From an uncultured candidate division WWE3 bacterium (GTDB lineage: Bacteria > Patescibacteriota > WWE3 > UBA101185 > UBA10185), in assembly GCA_963765125.1 (NCBI GenBank), contig CAVXUZ010000004.1:192792-256791 (forward strand): a stretch of DNA of 64,000 bases, read 5' to 3'. The notes beneath the pieces are model-generated. The model searched no databases. It had not been told where the DNA came from and saw only the letters and a list, made by a program, of their open reading frames with translations. Shown one piece after another: positions 59,984 through 64,000 of this stretch. Numbering within the stretch: the stretch's first letter is position 1; each line of letters opens with the position of its first letter. Both the position numbers and the translations under genes were made by a program.

Positions 59984-60068
59984 CCTATAAAAAGTATAGT
60001 ACAAAAGAAATGTCAATTCAAATGTACTGCTGGTTGCAGGCATGAGCTATAATCACCAAACCATCAAT

Positions 60069-60097
60069 TTGACATATACCCCTAGGGGGTATACATT
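60069..60097 (+). promoter_or_regulatory. Sigma70 promoter with CsoR operator
   Basis: TTGACA-17 nt-TACATT enclosing the palindrome TATACCCC-TAG-GGGGTATA (60075-60093). Confidence 0.85.
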
Positions 60098-60104
60098 AAA
60101 CTAC

Positions 60105-60383
60105 ATGAAATCACACTACGAAAGTGTTAAAGTTTCTGCAAAAAAAAGAATAAATATTATTAAAGGTCAGCTAGATGGATTACAAAAAATGATTGATGGT
60201 GATGTTTACTGTGTTGACCTACTAAACCAAAGTTTAGCAATTCAGAACTCACTTAGAAGTTTAGACGCAGTTATTTTTGAACGACATCTTACAACCCACG
60301 TTTCTCACCAATTTAAGAATGAAAAAGAGAAGGCAATTAAGGAGCTCGTATATCTTTTTAAAAGAGCAAACAAAAAACTTTAA
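60105..60383 (+). CDS. csoR: Copper-sensing repressor CsoR
   Basis: RINIIKGQLDGLQKMI...YCVDLLNQ...HLTTHV. Confidence 0.88.
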   Translation: MKSHYESVKVSAKKRINIIKGQLDGLQKMIDGDVYCVDLLNQSLAIQNSLRSLDAVIFERHLTTHVSHQFKNEKEKAIKELVYLFKRANKKL

Positions 60384-60389
60384 AAATGT

Positions 60390-62615
60390 ATGGTAACTAA
60401 AGATTTTCAGATTGAGGGTATGCACTGTGCGAGTTGCAGCGAGATTATTAGCAAGAGGCTTAATAAGCTGCCCGGTGTTTCCTCGATTAATGTAAATTTT
60501 GCAACAGAAAAAGCTGAAGTAAGTTACGATCCCGATATAGTTTCTACGAAGGAGATGAACAGCAACATTAAGAAGTTAGGGTATTCGCTTGTCGAAGAAT
60601 CAGACGGAACAGGTAATCAATCATCTGGCGTAAAAAATCTACAAAACAAACTCTATTTTTCACTACCAATTACCATAATTACCTTTTTCTTAATGATGTG
60701 GGATATAGTATCGAAAACTCTTTCTTTTGTTTCAGAGCCGCCATTTCCAATGATTTATACCAATTACATAATGTTTGTTCTTGCCGCCATTACAATGTTT
60801 TGGGTTGGTAAGGTTTTTCTGAGTGGTATAGCAAGATTTATAATGCACGGCGTTGCTAACATGGACACCTTAGTAGGTATAGGTACTTTAACCGCATTTA
60901 TCTACAGCAGTATTGTTCTTTTGTTCCCGTCTGTAAGAGACGCATTAAAATTACCTGATTTTATGTATTTCGATGTTACGATAGTCGTTATCGGCTTTGT
61001 AACTTTGGGCAAATATTTAGAAGCTAGTTCTAAGGTAAGAACGGGCGAGGCAATAAAAAAACTACTTGGACTCCAAGCTAAGACCGCAATTGTTATTAGA
61101 AACAATCTTGAGTTTGAAATTCCTGTTTCAGAAGTTTTGGTTGGTGATGTTGTATTGGTAAAAGCAGGAACTAAAATTCCTGTGGACGGAACAATCTTTG
61201 AGGGAAGCACATCGGTTGATGAATCTATGATTACCGGTGAACCCATCCCACAAGATAAACATGTGGGTGACGTTGTAATTGGTGGAACGATTAATAAACA
61301 AGGAACAATCACAATCAGAGCAACAAAAGTGGGAGCGGACACAGTGCTGTTTCAAATCGTAGGGATGGTTGAAAAAGCACAAAATTCAAAAACAAAAATT
61401 CAAGCACTCGCCGATAGAATTTCCGCTGTATTTGTTCCCGTTGTATTAATAATTGCATTTACCACCCTAGTATTGTGGTTATCAGTTGGCGCATATTTTC
61501 TCGGATTTTCACAAGCTTTATCGTTTGGCCTACTTTCATTTGTGGGTGTGCTGGTTATTGCTTGTCCCTGCGCGCTTGGGCTAGCTACGCCGACTGCGGT
61601 GATAGTAGGGGTTGGAAAAGGTGCAGAAAATGGAATACTAATAAAAAATGCTGAAAGTCTTGAAAAACTTTATAAGGTTGACACAGTAGTTTTTGATAAA
61701 ACAGGAACAATAACTTATGGAACACCGAGTGTAGTAAATATTACGAGCCTTTCACCCGAGATTGAAAATAATAAAATCCTTCAACTAGCCGCAAGTGTTG
61801 AAAAATATTCACAGCACCCACTTGCATTGGCAATTATTAACAAAGCTAAAGAGCTATCATTAGAAAATCTTAAAGTTGAAGATTTTAAAGAGACAGAGGG
61901 AATTGGTGTAGAGGCAACAATTCAAAATGAAAAAATTGTAATAAGAAAATCTCTAGGGGAAGAACGAAATATTGTACAAGTTCAATCAATGGAGTCAGAA
62001 GGAAAAACAGTGATAATGGTTGAAATAGACAAAAAGGTTGCTGGAGTTTTAGCAATCAGCGACCTTGTAAAAGAAAACGCAGGTATTACTATTTCTAAAT
62101 TGCATAAACTTGGTTTACAGACTGTAATGCTGTCTGGTGATAATGAGAGGGCTGCAAATTACATTGCAAAAGCAGTTGGTATAGATAAAGTAATTGCTGA
62201 AGTTATGCCACAAGACAAAGCAATCACTATTCAAAATCTTCAAAAAGAAGGAAGAATCATTGCGATGGTAGGTGACGGAATTAATGATGCTCCCGCCTTA
62301 ACTCAGGCTGACGTTGGTATTGCTATGGCAACCGGAACTGATATTGCTATTGAGTCGTCTGACATAACTTTATTGCTGGGAGATATTAGTAAAATACCGC
62401 AAGCAATTAAACTGTCGCGTTCCACAATTAGAACTATAAAGCAGAATTTATTTTGGGCATTTATCTATAATGTTATTGGAATTCCACTAGCAGCAGGATT
62501 GTTATACCCATTGTGGGGAATATTTCTTAATCCAATATTTGCAGGGTTATCAATGGCATTATCATCCGTCTCTGTTGTTAGTAATTCGTTGTTATTAAAA
62601 AAGGTGAAATTATAA
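60390..62615 (+). CDS. copA: Cu(I)-translocating P1B ATPase
   Basis: GMHCASC, TGEP, CPCALGLA, DKTGT, GDGINDAP, YN...MALSS. Confidence 0.95.
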   Translation: MVTKDFQIEGMHCASCSEIISKRLNKLPGVSSINVNFATEKAEVSYDPDIVSTKEMNSNIKKLGYSLVEESDGTGNQSSGVKNLQNKLYFSLPITIITFFLMMWDIVSKTLSFVSEPPFPMIYTNYIMFVLAAITMFWVGKVFLSGIARFIMHGVANMDTLVGIGTLTAFIYSSIVLLFPSVRDALKLPDFMYFDVTIVVIGFVTLGKYLEASSKVRTGEAIKKLLGLQAKTAIVIRNNLEFEIPVSEVLVGDVVLVKAGTKIPVDGTIFEGSTSVDESMITGEPIPQDKHVGDVVIGGTINKQGTITIRATKVGADTVLFQIVGMVEKAQNSKTKIQALADRISAVFVPVVLIIAFTTLVLWLSVGAYFLGFSQALSFGLLSFVGVLVIACPCALGLATPTAVIVGVGKGAENGILIKNAESLEKLYKVDTVVFDKTGTITYGTPSVVNITSLSPEIENNKILQLAASVEKYSQHPLALAIINKAKELSLENLKVEDFKETEGIGVEATIQNEKIVIRKSLGEERNIVQVQSMESEGKTVIMVEIDKKVAGVLAISDLVKENAGITISKLHKLGLQTVMLSGDNERAANYIAKAVGIDKVIAEVMPQDKAITIQNLQKEGRIIAMVGDGINDAPALTQADVGIAMATGTDIAIESSDITLLLGDISKIPQAIKLSRSTIRTIKQNLFWAFIYNVIGIPLAAGLLYPLWGIFLNPIFAGLSMALSSVSVVSNSLLLKKVKL

Positions 62616-62618
62616 AAT

Positions 62619-63620
62619 ATGAATTTGTTTGCAATATTTTTAACAGGACTTACAGTTGGTGGTTTATCGTGTTTAGCGGTTCAAGGTGGACTTTTAGCTT
62701 CAGTCATATCTGTGAGAAAAAAAGAAGACGAGAAGGTAAGTAATAAATGGTTTAACCTTTTTGCGACTGGCTCATTTTTAATTGCTAAACTTGTCGCCTA
62801 CACTATCCTAGGAATATTACTCGGAGCTTTTGGAAGTAGCATAAGCATAAGTAATAATGTTCAAACTACTATGCAGCTAGTCGCAGGTATATATATGCTA
62901 GCCGTTGCTTTAAATCTATTAAATGCACATCCAATTTTTAGATATGCAATTATTCAGCCACCCAGATTTTTAACAAAGCTAATTAAGAACCAATCACACT
63001 CAAAAGAATTTTTTGCACCCGCTGTTCTCGGCGCGATGACAATATTTATACCCTGTGGAACTACTTTAGCTATGGAGGCACTAGCCATCAGTAGCGCGAG
63101 CGCCGTGTCGGGCGGTTTACTTATGGCTGTTTTCATTTTAGGAACAGTTCCGCTATTTATTGGAATGGGTGTTTTGACGTCTGTTTTAGGAGAAAGTTTT
63201 AAAAATAAATTTTTCAAAGTAGCTGCGCTTCTTCTTATTTACATTGGTTTGGTTTCTATCCACGGTGGCCTTGTTGCTTTAGGCGTTTCGACACCCTTTT
63301 TAGATATTGCTAGCAAACAACCAGTTTCTGAAAATAGGATTGGTGATGTGCCAGTAAGTCAAAATGTTGTAATTGAGATAATGTCGCAAGGGTATTCTCC
63401 GGACTATATTAAAGTCAAAAGCGGCCAACCAGTCACCCTGAAAGTAATTAACAAAGACTCGTACAGTTGTGCGGCAGCTTTTAGAATCCCATCATTAGGA
63501 GTCAGTTTTAATCTACGACCAACACAAGAAGAGATTGTAACATTTACACCTCAGAAAAAAGGGAAAATTCCATTTTCATGTTCAATGGGAATGTACCGAG
63601 GAGTAATAGAAGTCATATGA
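62619..63620 (+). CDS. DsbD_2/TauE-like membrane protein fused to a cupredoxin domain
   Basis: SCLAVQGG, FIPCG; C-terminal FSCSMGMYRG. Confidence 0.8.
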   Translation: MNLFAIFLTGLTVGGLSCLAVQGGLLASVISVRKKEDEKVSNKWFNLFATGSFLIAKLVAYTILGILLGAFGSSISISNNVQTTMQLVAGIYMLAVALNLLNAHPIFRYAIIQPPRFLTKLIKNQSHSKEFFAPAVLGAMTIFIPCGTTLAMEALAISSASAVSGGLLMAVFILGTVPLFIGMGVLTSVLGESFKNKFFKVAALLLIYIGLVSIHGGLVALGVSTPFLDIASKQPVSENRIGDVPVSQNVVIEIMSQGYSPDYIKVKSGQPVTLKVINKDSYSCAAAFRIPSLGVSFNLRPTQEEIVTFTPQKKGKIPFSCSMGMYRGVIEVI

Positions 63621-63838
63621 GTAAAATTGTAAAAACAAAATTAAATATCACAGGAATGCACTGCAGTTCTTGCGCGATGAATATTGATTTTGAATTAGAA
63701 GAGTTAGCTGGGGTTATATCAACGAAAACTAACTGTGCAAAACAAAAATTGGAATTAGAGTTTGATCACGAAAAAGTAGATATACAAACTATTACTAAAA
63801 AGATAGAAGAACTAGGTTATGGAGCTAAGGAAATATAA
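63617..63838 (+). CDS. copZ: Copper chaperone (HMA domain)
   Basis: ITGMHCSSC...IEELGY. Confidence 0.85.
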   Translation: MSKIVKTKLNITGMHCSSCAMNIDFELEELAGVISTKTNCAKQKLELEFDHEKVDIQTITKKIEELGYGAKEI

Positions 63839-63895
63839 AAATGGCCTAGGAGATTTATTATCTGCACTAGGCCAAGTATTAAGGTGTGAATTAGA

Positions 63896-64000
63896 TTACA
63901 GCAGTACGTATCCCGGTATGCCCACCCCGCTGATTGCTATCGACACATTAGCTGGAACTTCAATTACTTTAGTGCGGCAGCTAAGGTCATTTCTAACATA
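63896..64000 (-). CDS. C-terminal end of a gene entering from beyond the window
   Basis: Open frame ...YVRNDLSCRTKVIEVPANVSIAISGVGIPGYVLL*. Confidence 0.3.
   Translation of the reverse strand, partial: YVRNDLSCRTKVIEVPANVSIAISGVGIPGYVLL

Noticed and set aside
60042-63838. Copper operon as a novel system
   Set aside because: Ordinary csoR-copA-DsbD_2/cupredoxin-copZ arrangement with a canonical operator
1-64000. CRISPR array or IS transposase
   Set aside because: No regularly spaced repeat-spacer array and no cas or transposase ORF seen

Overview
AT-rich bacterial window with the hallmarks of a Patescibacteria/CPR genome. Clues are CPR-type pilins, many -10 boxes sitting almost directly on the ATG, and tRNA-Arg(GCG); TGA is used as stop (code 11). 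Contents: (i) an envelope/T4SS-like cluster (SpoIID, four VirB2/TrbC-like pilins, a giant HEXXH protein, a VirB6-like protein and a giant Cys-rich lytic-transglycosylase-like protein); (ii) smpB-tmRNA and five tRNAs; (iii) dnaG-rpoD, pgi, manC, glycosyltransferases, glycoside hydrolases, a cohesin/dockerin-like pair and a CsoR-copA copper operon; (iv) many accessory ORFans. Two non-coding systems stand out. First, an 8/4-type allo-tRNA-like gene (Ser-like body, best-fit GAT anticodon) is followed by a separately promoted ~70-nt RNA whose 5' end is perfectly complementary to the anticodon arm, a candidate RNA-only toxin-antitoxin pair. Second, a family of structured elements lies directly behind tmRNA and tRNA genes; each carries an inverted copy of its own host's T-loop and most carry a duplicated tRNA 3' end. 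Several genes, including dnaG, are broken by single-base indels that look like sequencing errors. All calls come from motif reading only; no searches were run.
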